DNA of 64,000 nucleotides. Origin: Eledone cirrhosa. Its lineage: Eukaryota. Every line of letters begins with the position of its first letter. Position 1 is the stretch's first letter. The notes beneath the pieces were generated by a model. It was not told where the DNA came from, did not search any database, and saw only the letters and a list, made by a program, of their open reading frames with translations. Position numbers and translations under genes: made by a program. Below, piece after piece: positions 13,446 to 27,206 of the stretch. The stretch covers positions 45,570,001-45,634,000 of the forward strand of contig OZ024746.1 of NCBI GenBank assembly GCA_964016885.1, in the 5' to 3' direction.

Positions 13446-14558
13446 AGCATTCAATGTAACCTAACACATCTGTATCCCCTCCTTCCACTAACACTCCCCA
13501 GCAACTATCCTGACCACTTCAGTTGTGTCAAGACAAGACAAACACCTTAATTTCAGTGATTTACACAATAAAGGCACCAAGTACACACTGTAAAGTGGTT
13601 GGTGATAGGACGACCATCTAGCCATAGAAAGCTTGCCAAAGAAAGAATTGGAAGTACTCTTCATTTGTGTCAAGGACATGACAACCTTTTTAGTGTTGGG
13701 AATCTACACAATAAATACACCAATTACACACTGTAAAGTGGTTTTTAATAGGAACGGCATCCAGCCATAGAATGCTTACCAAACAAGGGTTGGGATGACC
13801 CTCCAGGTGTGTTAAAGACATGGCAACCTCTCTAGTGTTGGTAGCCTGATGAAATGCACTCAGTAAAATGTGGAACCATTTGTAAGTGAGATGTGAACCC
13901 CTGTCCTGTCTAGGAGGTCAGTAATCCTGTTCAGTACTGACATGGTCTCCCTAAACCTGTCCAACCCTTGCTAGCAAGGAAAGTGGATGTTAATATGAGG
14001 ATGTTGATGATGTTATTTTGTTTTGATTTTTTACTTTAAAAACAATTTTTTCAAAAATTTAATAATGCCATTAAAAAATATAAAAAGCTTTATCTATAAT
14101 CAATTATTTTTAAAGATTTCAGATGAAACACACAAAATCCTAAAGAAATTAGGAGAGTGGCTTAAAAGCATAAATTTAAGATTTGGTTTGATATTGAATT
14201 TCACTTAATGCATTTCAGTAAAATATTATTATTATTTACATTTATATCTAAATTAACTTTTGTCATCTGAGCCATAGGAAAGCTACTAAGCTGAATAGTT
14301 CAGTGACAATAATTACAATTTAAATGCATTTAACCAACATTATATTCTCTGTAAATTTCATTACACACCATGCTTCAGTATTTATTAGAATGCAAAATTA
14401 TTATACTTCATAATAAGCAGTTATATTTCTACCAACAGAGATAGAAATCCCTCTTAAAAATAAAATAAAATTACAATTTCAATTCTCATAAACTAAATAT
14501 TTATCTTAATTGATAATGTTAACTATAAAATACAAAGAAGAAATTCAACAAAACATAC

Positions 14559-14661
14559 CTGCAATTAGACATTATATTCTGCTTCAACACGCTACTTATA
14601 AATGTACAAGAACTGTTGAAATAAAGCAGGCAACTCATAGAATACAGATTGATTTAATTTC
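14559..14661 (-). other. Candidate spliced exon
   Basis: Minus-strand acceptor ttttattctaaAG and donor cag|GTATGT in unique sequence; one frame reads KLNQSVFYELPALFQQFLYIYK*. Confidence 0.3.
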
Positions 14662-15799
14662 CTTTAGAATAAAATAAAAAATATAATGAATCAAAATAAA
14701 TACTTGCAAAAATTAATGGAAAACCTGAAATGAAATGCGTTTTTGTCTCTATAACTGTTTTACTCAACTCAAATTGGTTTTAGATTCCAACATTGTTTTA
14801 CTTCATAATCAATTTTCATAATGATTTATGTAGTAACCTAATACATTGACATCAATTCCTCATTAAACAGAAAGATCTCATATTGTTTGCATATCTAATT
14901 TAACTAATTTCTCTATAAAACCTTAAAAACATTAAGTATTTTTAAACTGTGTAAATTAATACATGATCTCTCTCTCATACACATACACACACACACACAT
15001 ATATATATATATATGTACATACATACATAAATACACACACACATATATATATATAGCTGTATAAATATTTAACAGTGTAAGGTTAAAGAGCTAGATCAAT
15101 AATTTAATAAGCATAGATTCAATCCTTATACACATATATATTCATACAAATATATATGTGTATGTGTGTATGTATATAATAGAGGCTGATTTTTCACTAA
15201 AATGACTGCAAGTTTCATCCTTTGATTGATCTAGTAGTAGTGAGTCAACAAAGACTGCATATGTATATACATATGATTTAGGTACTGCTGAAATGTCACA
15301 AAATATTTGCAAATAGACACATAATTTGATTTGCTATTGGAATTCGATAGTTATTGGTGATACAAATACATTTTTGTATATGAATAATTAAAGGCTGTAG
15401 AATAGACAGAAAGACAAAAGCAAAGATGGGTATCTATGGTGAGTCAAGATCCAAAAAAGCGATTGTGATTTAAAAGTAAAAAATATAGAGAGATTTAAAG
15501 AGAATTACAATGAAATATGAAAGAGGAATGAAATAAAAGAGATGGCTTTATTATGTAATATGTTGTTTTACAAGAGAGAATACAGAATGTAGAGGAATAA
15601 AGGAACAGAAATAATTTAAAAAATAATTGTAAAGTGTTGAATGTAACAGTATAAGTTTATATTTGGTTTTTAATCTATAACAAATATGCAAAAGTTTTCA
15701 GTAAACAGGAATTTTGTGCCAGTATGTATCTCTTATAGAAATATACTCAGAAGAATAAATTCCAAAATAAATTCCAGAATAAATTGCAAAAGTTAAAGA

Positions 15800-16935
15800 T
15801 TTGGTTGGCTATTACATACATCTGTTCCAAAATTTTTCATTTGATATTGAAATTTGTATAGTTATTTTTATTTACTTAATAAAAATGTTTCAATAAAGTA
15901 GTGTCTTCTTTAGCTGGAGTTTTGAAGTATCTTGTGTAAAACTCAATTTGAATGACTTGAATGTTAGACAAATATATTCTTTAACAATTGATTCATATAT
16001 GAAAGAAGAATCATTTGCACAATAAACAAAGTTTGTCAAACGTTAACCATTTAAATAACATGAAATGGGACTTATATTGAATGAAATCATGAATAGATGC
16101 AGGTTATTTTGTACAGTTGATTGTAGACAAAGAGTTAGAAACCTTTGAGAAAAACTGTGTTGAGTATTATTTGTTAATGTTTAAATATATATGGTGCTTG
16201 CAATGTTTAGAAAAAGGAAATGTCCATGCAAAACATTTAAGAACTTTCTGGTTCGACATGAAGATTAAAAGGGAAGATTATACCATAACATATTGTTTTT
16301 TATTTTTTCTTCTAAGAGTATTATAGATATTTTAATGTCTCTTTGAAACTACTCTATTATAATGTTTCATAATAATTGTTTCTATTTTAGGCACAAGGCC
16401 AGCAATTACCCAGTGCATTACTGGTACTTTATTTTATCGACCACGTAAGGATGAAAGGCAAAGTCAACCTCGGTGGGATTTGAACTCAGATCGTAAAGGG
16501 ACGTAACTATGCTGGAAAGCATGGCGTCCGACCCTCTACCGATACTGCCAATCCACCGCCCTCATAATAATAATTTGCAATAATATTGAATGTATTTTCA
16601 ATATAAGAGATCCTTAATATGTGGTTGACGATTTTAGTTCAAGAGATTATATAATAAAATTTCATTAGTTTTCCTGTAACGATGGTATTGACAAGTATCT
16701 CTTCATTGTATTGTAAAGAACATTATTTATTTTAAGGTTTGTGCTAACTTTAATTTTGATATTCAAATCTTTAAATAAGTCAATAAATTTTAGTGTAGAT
16801 TATGTAAAAAATGTAAAATTAATTCACAATTTTCTGCTGAGCCTTTTAAACCCATGCTAACATCAAAAGAAGAGTCACAATTTTACTTTACCCACAGGAT
16901 GTTGCCAAATAGGGATTCCCTGCAGCATGATGATT
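15800..16935 (+). mobile_element. Possible highly decayed DNA transposase (MULE-like), with a SINE A insertion
   Basis: SWIM-like remnant GCCQIGIPCS at about 16897-16926; otherwise heavily stop-ridden. Confidence 0.25.
16370..16563 (-). mobile_element. SINE family A
   Basis: Reverse complement of 6628-6820. Confidence 0.85.
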
Positions 16936-18369
16936 TTATTATCAGGTTCTGATAATGATCACTAATGGTTAATCGTTACCAAATGATAATGATCTTTGGA
17001 GCAAAGGTTTCATAATAATTTATGAAACTAACTAGGACAATTAATATTAGTGGTTATTGTTAATGACATTAAATCATTTTATAATGGAAATAATGTTGTT
17101 CTACAAATGTAAAATGAAATCCTTTAAGGATTATTTTGCCTAAAATCTTTTGCCTAACAATCCCTAATTAAATTTTTCAAGTGGGAATGGTAAGCCTAAT
17201 TGAGGAATTAATTTAGATATTAGTTTTATAGTCCTTAAAGGTGAAATACAGTTTGCATGATACAAAGATTTCATCCCTATTCTCTATATTTAAACTAGTT
17301 GCAATCTCTTTAGCATTTAAGTTAGATTAAAATTCTCACAAAATAAAAACAGAAAAGAACATTACTATACCATTCCAAAAACATTATATAAAATATATTA
17401 TTTATAGTATAGAAAATTTCCTGAAAAGAAATGATAATTGCCTCTGAGAAATTATCTTGATAATTGAATATACATTGTGAACCAGAAAATAATTCAATGA
17501 GGATGGTAATTTGAAAGTTCTAGAATGGTCAATACACCTGTATATTTCCTTTCAGAGTTGGAAAAGGTAAAGAGAGTCATAGAAAAAAAAAAACAGATGG
17601 GGGTTGTTGTTTGGCTCCAGGTTAGCCTGACTAACCAGTTGACCCTTTATTCATTCCTTACATATCTAGCACTATATTATCCTATATGAATTTCCTTTAA
17701 CATTTCGAAAAAATGTGTAATAACACATTAGATAATGTTGACTCTGGCAGTGCAAAAATGAAAGGATGTCCTTATCTGGAATAACTTTGAATATAGACTG
17801 AAAATCAAGCTTGACCTAGGGTTACACAGGAATATAGCAGGGTGTCATCTGAGAAGTTAGATGCTATTTCTAGCAAGTCTAAAAACATGTAGTGGCTCAT
17901 TTTGCTCATGGATATAGCATTAGATAGCAGACTGAGAAATATGTCCTTCTTTTTATTTCTATTTAAAATATTTTTTCATTTGTGTTTCTATTTTATCTAG
18001 AAGGTATGTTTATATTTTGTCAACCCAATACGGGAAGAGGATTTTAAAATAAATAAAAATTCCATGTAGTCAATTGCAATTGGATGAGGAATTATATGAG
18101 ACCAGCCATTCTGACATGATTCCAGTCAGGATACAAACAGTAATCAGACAGCTGCCAATCATGTTACATTTGTTTTTAAATTGGTTTTTAACCACACTCA
18201 AATTCTTTTACAGTAAGGCTAAATATATTTTCATACACAGCTTATACTAAATACATACTTATTGCACGTATGTAGTGTGTATATATATATATATATAAAT
18301 GTGTGTATGTGTATATATATATATATATGTGTGTATGTGTGTGTATATATATATATGTGTGTGTGTGTA

Positions 18370-18825
18370 TAAGAGGTGTAGTGGGATTGTATGTAGCCTA
18401 ACAGAAGTAGACTTTGTATGTGAGGGATGCACAGATGTACATAGTATCAAGAGCATCTGCATAATAATCTTTTTTCAATCCCAGGAAAGCTCCATAAAGA
18501 TAGTTGGTAGCTTGTTACCTAGTTGACCTAATTAACAGTGGAAGTGGTTGCTCTGAAACATAGTAGCTAGAATATGAACAAAATAGAACATTTTCAGCCA
18601 GCTACTACTTTTCGTGGCAATAAAAGTTTTCTCTCAACAAATGGAATGCCAGCTGTATGATGCGAAATGGGATGTTGCGTGGAAGTAAAATATGGGCAGT
18701 AAATGCTGAGGATAAGTGAAAGCTGGAGAGAAATGAGGCAAGCATGCTTGAATGGATGTGTGATATTAATGTGCTTGAATGGTGAAGTATTAATGAGATG
18801 GGAGAAAACCTGTAATGCATGCAGG
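18370..18825 (+). mobile_element. Degenerate RTE fragment
   Basis: KRCSGI...FVCEGC and ERNEASMLEWMC-like segments match the 49709-50539 ORF. Confidence 0.7.
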
Positions 18826-19159
18826 TGTCCTTTTGTTATATCTGATGTTGCTGTTATATCTGATGAATCAATGAGTTCTGTTTACTCTGCATATGCACAC
18901 GAGCCAGGTGGAGCTAAGGTTGACTTTGTAATCAGTTAAGATATTATTTCTCAGATGGCAACAAAACACTGTCACTGGCAAGTTATCATAACATGTGCAG
19001 GTTCTCACAGAGACAGAGTTGGCAATTGAGACCCTTGGTAGAGTCAAGAATGTTCCATGTGGTGTTGAGGATATTGGACTCTTCTCTCAGAACCTCTACA
19101 TGAAACTGGACAGAGAGGTGGAATTTTCCCTGTTCCTGCAGCAGAAGTGTATATATATA

Positions 19160-19506
19160 TAGTCTCACGTCCCAAATAATGGGGGGGGGGGGATAAGCTG
19201 GGAGTTAGAATAAGCAGGGGGGTTTGAAAATTGGCAATTATTCTAGGTTGTCTCCATTGATTTTTTGTTAAACTAGAATTGAGACCCCAACCCATTCTAT
19301 TTATTTTATAACGCGTAATTTCTGATAATGTACTTTTTTGTCATGTATAATGTTTTTTATTGAATAAAAAAATGAATTGTCACAGGAATGCTACCACTTA
19401 AAATAAAATTTTGATGGAGACAGATCAGCCAAATGTAATATGCGGGGGTGGGGGAAATTTGAAAATCAATAAGCAGGAGAAAATTATCATTTGAGACCTA
19501 AAAGTA
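19160..19506. mobile_element. MITE-like element in TA context
   Basis: Imperfect TIRs gtcccaaataat / atcatttgagac; repeated aataagcagg subterminal motif; TA flanks. Confidence 0.4.
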
Positions 19507-19759
19507 TATATATATATAATATGTGCATGTATATATATATATATGACAATAATGTAGTTAATTAATTAGATATATCTCTATAAAATGGTGTTGCATTAAA
19601 GAACAGAGAAAAAGTATTTATTTATTGCTCAGTTTAATCCCACCTCTTCCATCCCCAGATACGACAAGAATTACTCATAACAAATCTTAAATCTAAAATG
19701 AAACAAATGGGGACTAATACTCAGTATGTCAATGGTAATTATTAATAAGGGTTAATTAT

Positions 19760-22135
19760 GTAAGAAAGAGAGTGGCTGAGGGTGATACTAGAAGAGAAGC
19801 CAGACAACAGGCATGCTTCAATAGGGGTGAAGCAGAATGTAAATGATTTCTGCATGTTCTGCAATGTGAGTATCGGAGTGTTTTGGATTTTGAAATAGTT
19901 TTGCTAGAGGAAATTGAGACATTCCTGAGGAAAAATGTATAGTGAATTATAACAACACTTGTCCTTGCCAATGACGAAAAGAAAGTGGCATTGAAGCATT
20001 ATTTGAGATTGTTAAATTCATATGAGAGAGGGGATCTACCACATATAGACCTAACAGAGGAATCAGCTATTGAAATTGATAACAATGTGGTTGACAGAGG
20101 AGAAAAGTAGGGAAGACGGTTAAACAATCAAGTATTTTTGATGAAATGCTGAAAATATCTGGTGAGGTATGTTGTATGCTCGTTACATACATATTCAATG
20201 AGGTAGTATATGTTGGTGTCATACACAATGACTGTCATAGCAATATCATCGGTAGCAGCTACAACACAAAGAAGATGCAATTGAGAAAGAAAGTTATAGA
20301 CGCATCAAATTAAGGGAGCTGATTATGAAAGTTATTGTAAGAGTTATAGCACAATTGATAAGAAACAGAATTAGTCTCCTTGATATGCACTTTAACTTGA
20401 TGTGTCTATAATTTCTCAACTGCTTCTTTTTTGTGTTGTAGCAACTAATGATGATATTGCTATGACAGTCATTGGTTATGACATCAACCCCTACTACCTC
20501 ATTGTACCATGAAGAAGTATTACCATTATTCTCTTCCTCATAACTATGGGAGAAAAACTTAGCAAGAAGCCTCTATACCTAGTGCTTTGAATCTGGAGAA
20601 AAACTTTGACAAGTTCCCATGACTTGTGGTCTGGTGGTTGCTAATGGAACCTGAAATAAATAAATAGATTGTAAAGGGATATAAAGAGATTTAGCCAACA
20701 GTAGAGTCAGCAATAAGTTCAGTGATAAATTAAAAGATAATAAATTTAACATACAGTTAAAATCCATCATAACTCTGCATTCAGTCTCTTCCTGTTGATT
20801 AAATTTCTCCAGGCAATAATTTTAGGGGTTAAAAACTGATTATCTATGGGAACTTCTATTGCTGGTAACTTAGTTCTTATAGCAGAATATGCAATATGCA
20901 CAAAAGGTAGATAACAATTTCAGAATGGAAGCAAACCCTGGAAAAGCTTCAAATTTAACTTAGCAAATATTAAGATTTTCACAACTAAGCAGAAACCTAG
21001 CAGATACTTCTCCAAATTGAGAGATCACAGCTCCAATACTATGGGCATGTGGTTAGAATGTCTCAGGAAAGAAGCACAGGGCAGATTTTTCAGGCAAAAC
21101 AAATCAGCAGGAGACCCAGGAGTAGACCCTAAACAAGATGGTTGGATAACATCCATGAGCATGGCTGGTCTTGCTTGGGGATCAAGTTGGATCAGTTGGA
21201 GATGGTTGCTTCTGACAGGACCTGCTGGTGGGAGTGTTTGAGGACTCTGCCTCCTCGACCATATCAAGAATAAGTGGGCGAAGAAGAAGACAGAAACCTG
21301 ATACCATCAGCAAAATTGACATACTTAAAATACAAAAAAGGAGTAGGTAGAAATTCATATGGTGCATCAAGTTTTGAATATGGATGCACATATGTTGTAG
21401 GACTATTTATAAGATAATTGAAAAGGTAGACTTTATATGCAGTGGATTCATGGGAGCAGTAAGCACTAAGCAGTAGTTGATAGATTTTGTTACATTGGTA
21501 ACCTAATTGATAATTGATGTGGGTATTCCAAAAAATAATAGTCAGAGTAAAAGTCTGGAAAAGGTTTAGGGAGCTATTATATCTGCTGGCAACAAAGCCT
21601 CTCTCTCTCATATATATATATGTATGTATGTAAAAGGTAAACATAAATAACAACACAATCGGTACAGTATATATATATATATATATATAAACCCATGCTA
21701 GCGTGGAAGATGGGCGTTAAATGAAGATGATGATGATGATGATATATATATATATAACTCTTTATCTTCTCTCTCAAAGTAAAGAGTGGATTACATGATG
21801 ATTGTGTACAAAGTGTGATGTTGCATAATAATGAGACAGGCTTTGAATAAGGAGGATTTGCAGTGGCTGGAAATTACTGAAATGAGGATTAGTATGCATG
21901 AAAGATAAAGAAGCAATAAGCTGAGAGAAGAGGAATCAGATGTAGTGGTCAAAAGAGAAGACTGTACTGGTATTGACATGTCTATGAAGGGTACCAGTTG
22001 TGTAAAGAACTGCCACGTCCTTGGAGTAGATGAAAACTTCACAGTGAAGATGTCAAAGGATAGTGATGATTGGCTTCATGCTGTGCTAGAATAGATATGT
22101 CCGCCTGTGCTAGCAAGGCAAAATAGCCATTAGAA
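19760..22135 (+). mobile_element. Fragmented, old RTE LINE with later insertions
   Basis: Collinear decayed similarity to 51700 through 49720 (linker, RT, C-terminus); interrupted by family C (21020-21292) and microsatellites. Confidence 0.6.
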
Positions 22136-22401
22136 TATTGTTGATGGATCTAATGTCCTGTATACTCCTGTCAAGTCTTCCCCTTCATCCCTATTTGTTG
22201 CATCCCACATTAATTCTCTCATCTATCATACTTTATCTTTTTCACTGTTCCATGTCATCAAGCAAAGTGGAATGGTACTTCATTTCTCTGTATTCAATCC
22301 CTCCAGCATCATCCATTATCATTATCCTCATTAACTATAAGAAATCATTATCATTATCCTCATTAACATTATCATTCTATATTCCTCTCATTAACACCCA
22401 C

Positions 22402-22559
22402 TTATCATTCTAACTCTCTATGATTTGAATGTGTATGTCACAAGGGAAGGTATCTGATCTGTCCATATTTGTTATATTCCTATCATTCTAACTCTCTATG
22501 ATTTGAATGTGTATGTCACAAGGGAAGGTATCTGATCTGTCCATATTTGTTATATTCCT
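22402..22559 (+). repeat. About 78-bp tandem duplication
   Basis: tatcattctaactctctatg...gttatattcc occurs twice in succession. Confidence 0.9.
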
Positions 22560-23244
22560 TTTTCCTGTAATGTTAACTATAGTTCTCTTTCCATTGCCAC
22601 TTAATACTCTTCCATAATATGACTGATCTTATGCAACCCATTTATGATTCTTCTTCTGTTATCCACCAACCAACACATAGTTATCACTCTTCCATTACTT
22701 CCTTTCTTAAGATTATATCACACTATTTCTCCTAACACATTCATATAATTCCTCACTGCTCCACTACGACACTTCTGATCATGTTTGTTTTGAAAGAAAA
22801 GGCACTCTGAACTTTTTAGCCTTGGAGGTGACAATGTTGATACTACAAAAGCTGTACATAAGACAATCTGGAAGTGGTTGGTAATCAAATGATAGCAATT
22901 TTAAAAGGGCTCTTCAGTCATATCAAGAAGATGGCACTTCCCTAGTGGTGGGGGCATGATGAAGTACACCCTGTACTCTCTGTAAAGGGACTAATGTTAG
23001 GTACGACATCTAGAAACAATGTCAAAGATGGAATGTATAAATGTGATGTGGACTCCCAATACATCTAGAAGGACAATAACTTCAAATAAGTACTGATGTG
23101 GACCATAATGTCCCATCCAACCTATACTAGCATGAAAATATATATATGTGAATGTGTGTGTGTTTGTTTCTGTGTGTATGTGTGTATCTATACATCCATA
23201 AAAATAATAAATAAAAATAAAATGATGATGATGATGATATATAT

Positions 23245-23506
23245 CACCATCATCATCTTCATTTCATTTTACGTCCGCTTTTTCCCTGCTTGCAAGGGTG
23301 GGACGGGAACTGATTTTGGCTTGATTTCTACAGCTGGATGCCCTTCCTAACACCAACCTCATTTACAGTGATGGCTGGGTGCTTTTTTTGCCATGACACC
23401 TCCACGACCACTTTGCAGTGGAATGATAGGGACCCCAGTCCCTATCATCTCATTTCTACAGCTGAGTAAACTGGAGCAATGTGAAATAAAGTGTCTTGCT
23501 CAAGGA
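23245..23506 (-). mobile_element. SINE family B, 5'-truncated
   Basis: Reverse complement of the family B body and tail. Confidence 0.85.
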
Positions 23507-23544
23507 AAGACACTTTATTTCACATTGCTCCAGTTTACTCAGCT

Positions 23545-23890
23545 GGAGACACATGGCTTAGTGGTTAGAGCATTGGCCTTGCAATCGAAAGGTTGTGAGT
23601 TCAATTCTCAGACCGGGTGATGTGTTGTTTCCTTGAGCAAGACACTTTATTTCACATTGCTCCAGTTTACTCAGCTGTAGAAATGAGATGATAGGGACTG
23701 GGGTCCCTATCATTCCACTGCAAAGTGGTCGTGGAGGTGCCACGGCAAAAAAGCACCCAGCACTCACTGTAAATGAGGTTGGTGTTAGGAAGGGCATCCA
23801 GCTGTAGAAATCAAGCCAGCATCAGTTCCCGTCCCACCCTTGCAAGCAGGGAAAAAGCGGACGTAAAATGAAATGATGATGAATGATGAA
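23545..23890 (+). mobile_element. SINE family B
   Basis: Full tRNA head through (GAT)n tail. Confidence 0.88.
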
Positions 23891-26674
23891 ATATATTGGT
23901 ATATATGTTAGTTTCTGTTTGTGTTCATTTATCTTTTATCTGGGAATGCTAAAACCTATTAAATAAAGAGGATACTACTGAAAATGCTGCAGTACATCGT
24001 AGGGCACATCAACCTTTCACAAACCATTATAATCCTTAAGAGGATTTGAATTGGAGCTTAGCACATAACCAAATACTTGTCAATTTTACAAGGATTTATT
24101 TGATTACAGTGATGGCTTATGTATGTGTGATATTTCTGCTTGTTATATATTGTCTATATTTTATTTATTTATAACATAAACATGCCTCAGATGAAGGAAA
24201 ATAAGACTGGGAATTTTATGTCTTTCTGAAAAACATTGAGATTATCACCAATGGCTGCAACATGACCGAAAAGTTAAAGTGTTCACTTTGCAATAATTAG
24301 GTTCTGGGTTCAACCCTATTTCATAACATTTTAGTCAACTGTAATCTGTTATAGTCATGGGGTGACTCATGCCTTGTGATTGAAACCAGGTAAATGAAAA
24401 CTGTTTGGAAGCCCATCAGATGGAGTATACTTGTAATTCATAGGGGCAGCCTTGTCACACACTGTGTCATGCTGAATCACCCTGAGTATTATTATAAAGA
24501 TGTATGTGTCTGTGGAATGCTTGACCATTTACACATTAATTTCATGAGCTATTCCATTAATTTCATGAGCTATTCCATTGATTGAATCTGATAGAAGTCC
24601 ATTCCAAAATTGTTTCCATTCCATTCATGATTGTTATTGGTAAAACACTAATTAACATGCTATGTTAATTACAACAAAGCAAATAATGGCATATTTCTCA
24701 CATTTCATTTTCTCATTTTCTACATCCACTGCAGTAACCGTCCAGAAGTTGTCCTCAGTGTGATGTAACTCTACCTATTTGAAGTGTTTGCATGCAGTCA
24801 ACAGCCATTGACTTTTATGCTCATCCATTTTCTTCACTAGTCTTTGCTCACTGTGTATAGTACAGCTTAACAAGTGAATGTTACACATAGTAGCACTTAA
24901 GTATACTGGATTGACCACTGACTGGATTACATTCTACTTCACGTAGAAGCATAAAAGTCCTTAGACTGCAAGAGGGTGACTATTTATCTGACCCAAATAG
25001 AATCTTGGAACATTACTAAACAGGGAAGACTGACTGACTAAAGAGCAACACATATTTGTGGTATTCATTGGAGTTGGAAAGTACAGGAGAGATACAGCTG
25101 TTTTGGTGGGAATATGTGATTTTCATAGTATAACAGCTTTATGAATATGGGATATACCATTTGTTGGAAGTGCTTTTCAACGCAGTCAAGTATTTGTTTT
25201 TTTTCCTGGAATATTATTGTCCCATGAGTTAACCTGAGACAGATCAGCAACAGCAATTGAAAATACAAGGTAAGGAACACTCATCCTAGAGAAAGTTAAG
25301 CTTCCTAGCATGAAAGTAATAGAGGATATTTAGTTGCCAAGGCAAATACTGGCTAATGCTACAAGAAATCTGGGTAGCCCACCAACTTAAATACATGGGT
25401 GTGGTTAAATGTAACACGAGGAGATTTAGCATTGATAAACAGAAGTTGAGGAGTAAAACTAGTGGAGTGTGATCTATGATACTTTTGATAATACAGCGCA
25501 TAATTTTATATATGGACCCTCATCATCGACTATTGATGGACTGACTATGATGATGATAATAACTTCCTTAATAGTGATTTCTAACATAGGCAATATATAT
25601 ATTAAATATATATTTTAAAAATTGATTTCATTATTTGTCTCTTATCTTTGTGGGTGGGCAACTTTTCATAGCACAACAGTGCTATCTAACATGGTATGTA
25701 TAATAATATATATTGTAAAACATTACAATAGTACCTTGTAAAAGAATGCATGGTTTGACTTAGGAATAATGTGGTATAACATTTAGAATGATGAAATTTC
25801 CAACCTTCATATCTGCAGTTCAATCAGTATGTTACATTAGTCATTTGGAACATTTTCTCAGCCTTTCCAACTTCTGGTTCATTGTTGATAACAAAGTTTC
25901 TAATCTTTATGATTTTATAATATATTTCCAATACTGGTTTATCATTAAGGTTAATGCATTTAGTTTACTGTTTTATCAGCTTTTTTAAGACAAATTCATC
26001 AGTTCAGTAAGCACAGTAGATTTTTGTTCTACTGAAATAGTGCGTGTGTGTGTGTTTTCTTCTATTTTAGCCTTGCTATACTTCATTAGTGTTTGTATAA
26101 GTAAAATCAATTTATTTTTCCTCTGTAACATTTTATATGTTGGTTGACTACAATGTTAGAATAGCCATTATTGATTAAATTCTAGCTATATCTAGCTAAT
26201 GTGCAAACCATGAAGGCTCTTTTATACCAGCTGATTTAAAAAAAAATATTTGTGTAGATATTCACTTTTGGAATTCCTATCTAGGTGATATATGTAAGTG
26301 TTCATATTGCTCATTGGCGTAATGAGATTATTATGTATTCCCATCAAAAGAAATTATTATCTAAATATATCAAAAGAAATCATTGTTACGTAACAGCTGA
26401 AAATCTGAGAATGAAGTATGATTATTGTTGTGAGGGCAGAGAGTGGCAAACTCGCTATAGTAGTGAACTAATATGCTTTTCAGTATATATTTATATCCCA
26501 TTACTTTCTGAGTTCATATCTCACCAAGGCCAAATTTGACACCTTTTCCAGTTTTATAAAGTAAATGCTAGTAAAATACTAGTGTCAATTTAACCCTTTT
26601 GATAATAATCTATGGAAATCCGTGATACAAAACTGTTTGTTTTAAGGTGTTCATCTAAAAACATTCCAATATAA

Positions 26675-26863
26675 TAATTGTTTCTACTTTAGGCACAAGG
26701 CCAGCAATTAACCAGTACATTACTGGTACTTTATTTTATCGACCCCGTAAGGATGAAAGGCAAAGTCAACCTCGGCAGCATTTGAACTCCGATCGTAAAG
26801 GGACGTAACTATGCTGGAAAGCATGGCGTCCGACCCTCTACCGATACTGCCAATCCACCGCCC
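26675..26863 (-). mobile_element. SINE family A
   Basis: Near-identical to 16370-16563. Confidence 0.85.
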
Positions 26864-26944
26864 TTATTCCAATATAATATTATAAGAAATTGTTAAGTTA
26901 TGCTCTAAACACCAGCATGTCCAATCATATTCATGGCAGTCTTT

Positions 26945-27206
26945 ACACGAGTTGCACGAGAAGTCATTTTTAATTATATTGGACAAATGGGTGCTTCATA
27001 CCAAAGACGAATGACAGTTCACCCTCAACAAATTAGGCACCACCAGAAATATCTCTCATATAGAGCAACATATAGAGGAATGTGGAGGAGGAATTCTATC
27101 AAATTTCGATATCTTCCCATTCTAGCAGTGTAGCAAAAATTTCAGTCAGGAAAAATGTATTAATTAGGAATGATTTTTCATTAGTAAATTCAAGCCAAAG
27201 CCCAAT
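26945..27206 (+). mobile_element. Penelope-like element GIY-YIG endonuclease remnant
   Basis: NYIGQMG...RRMTVH.QQIRH, then after a frameshift EQHIEECG...FDIFPF*QC...E*FFISKFKPKPN; typical PLE GIY-YIG C-terminus with stops. Confidence 0.75.

Noticed and set aside
14122-14208. Plus-strand terminal exon candidate (DETHKILKKLGEWLK..)
   Set aside because: Only a tttcAG and a short frame; no partner exon or recognisable protein
24184-24242. Hammerhead-like CAGATGA..GAAA
   Set aside because: Core and stem III too degenerate to support
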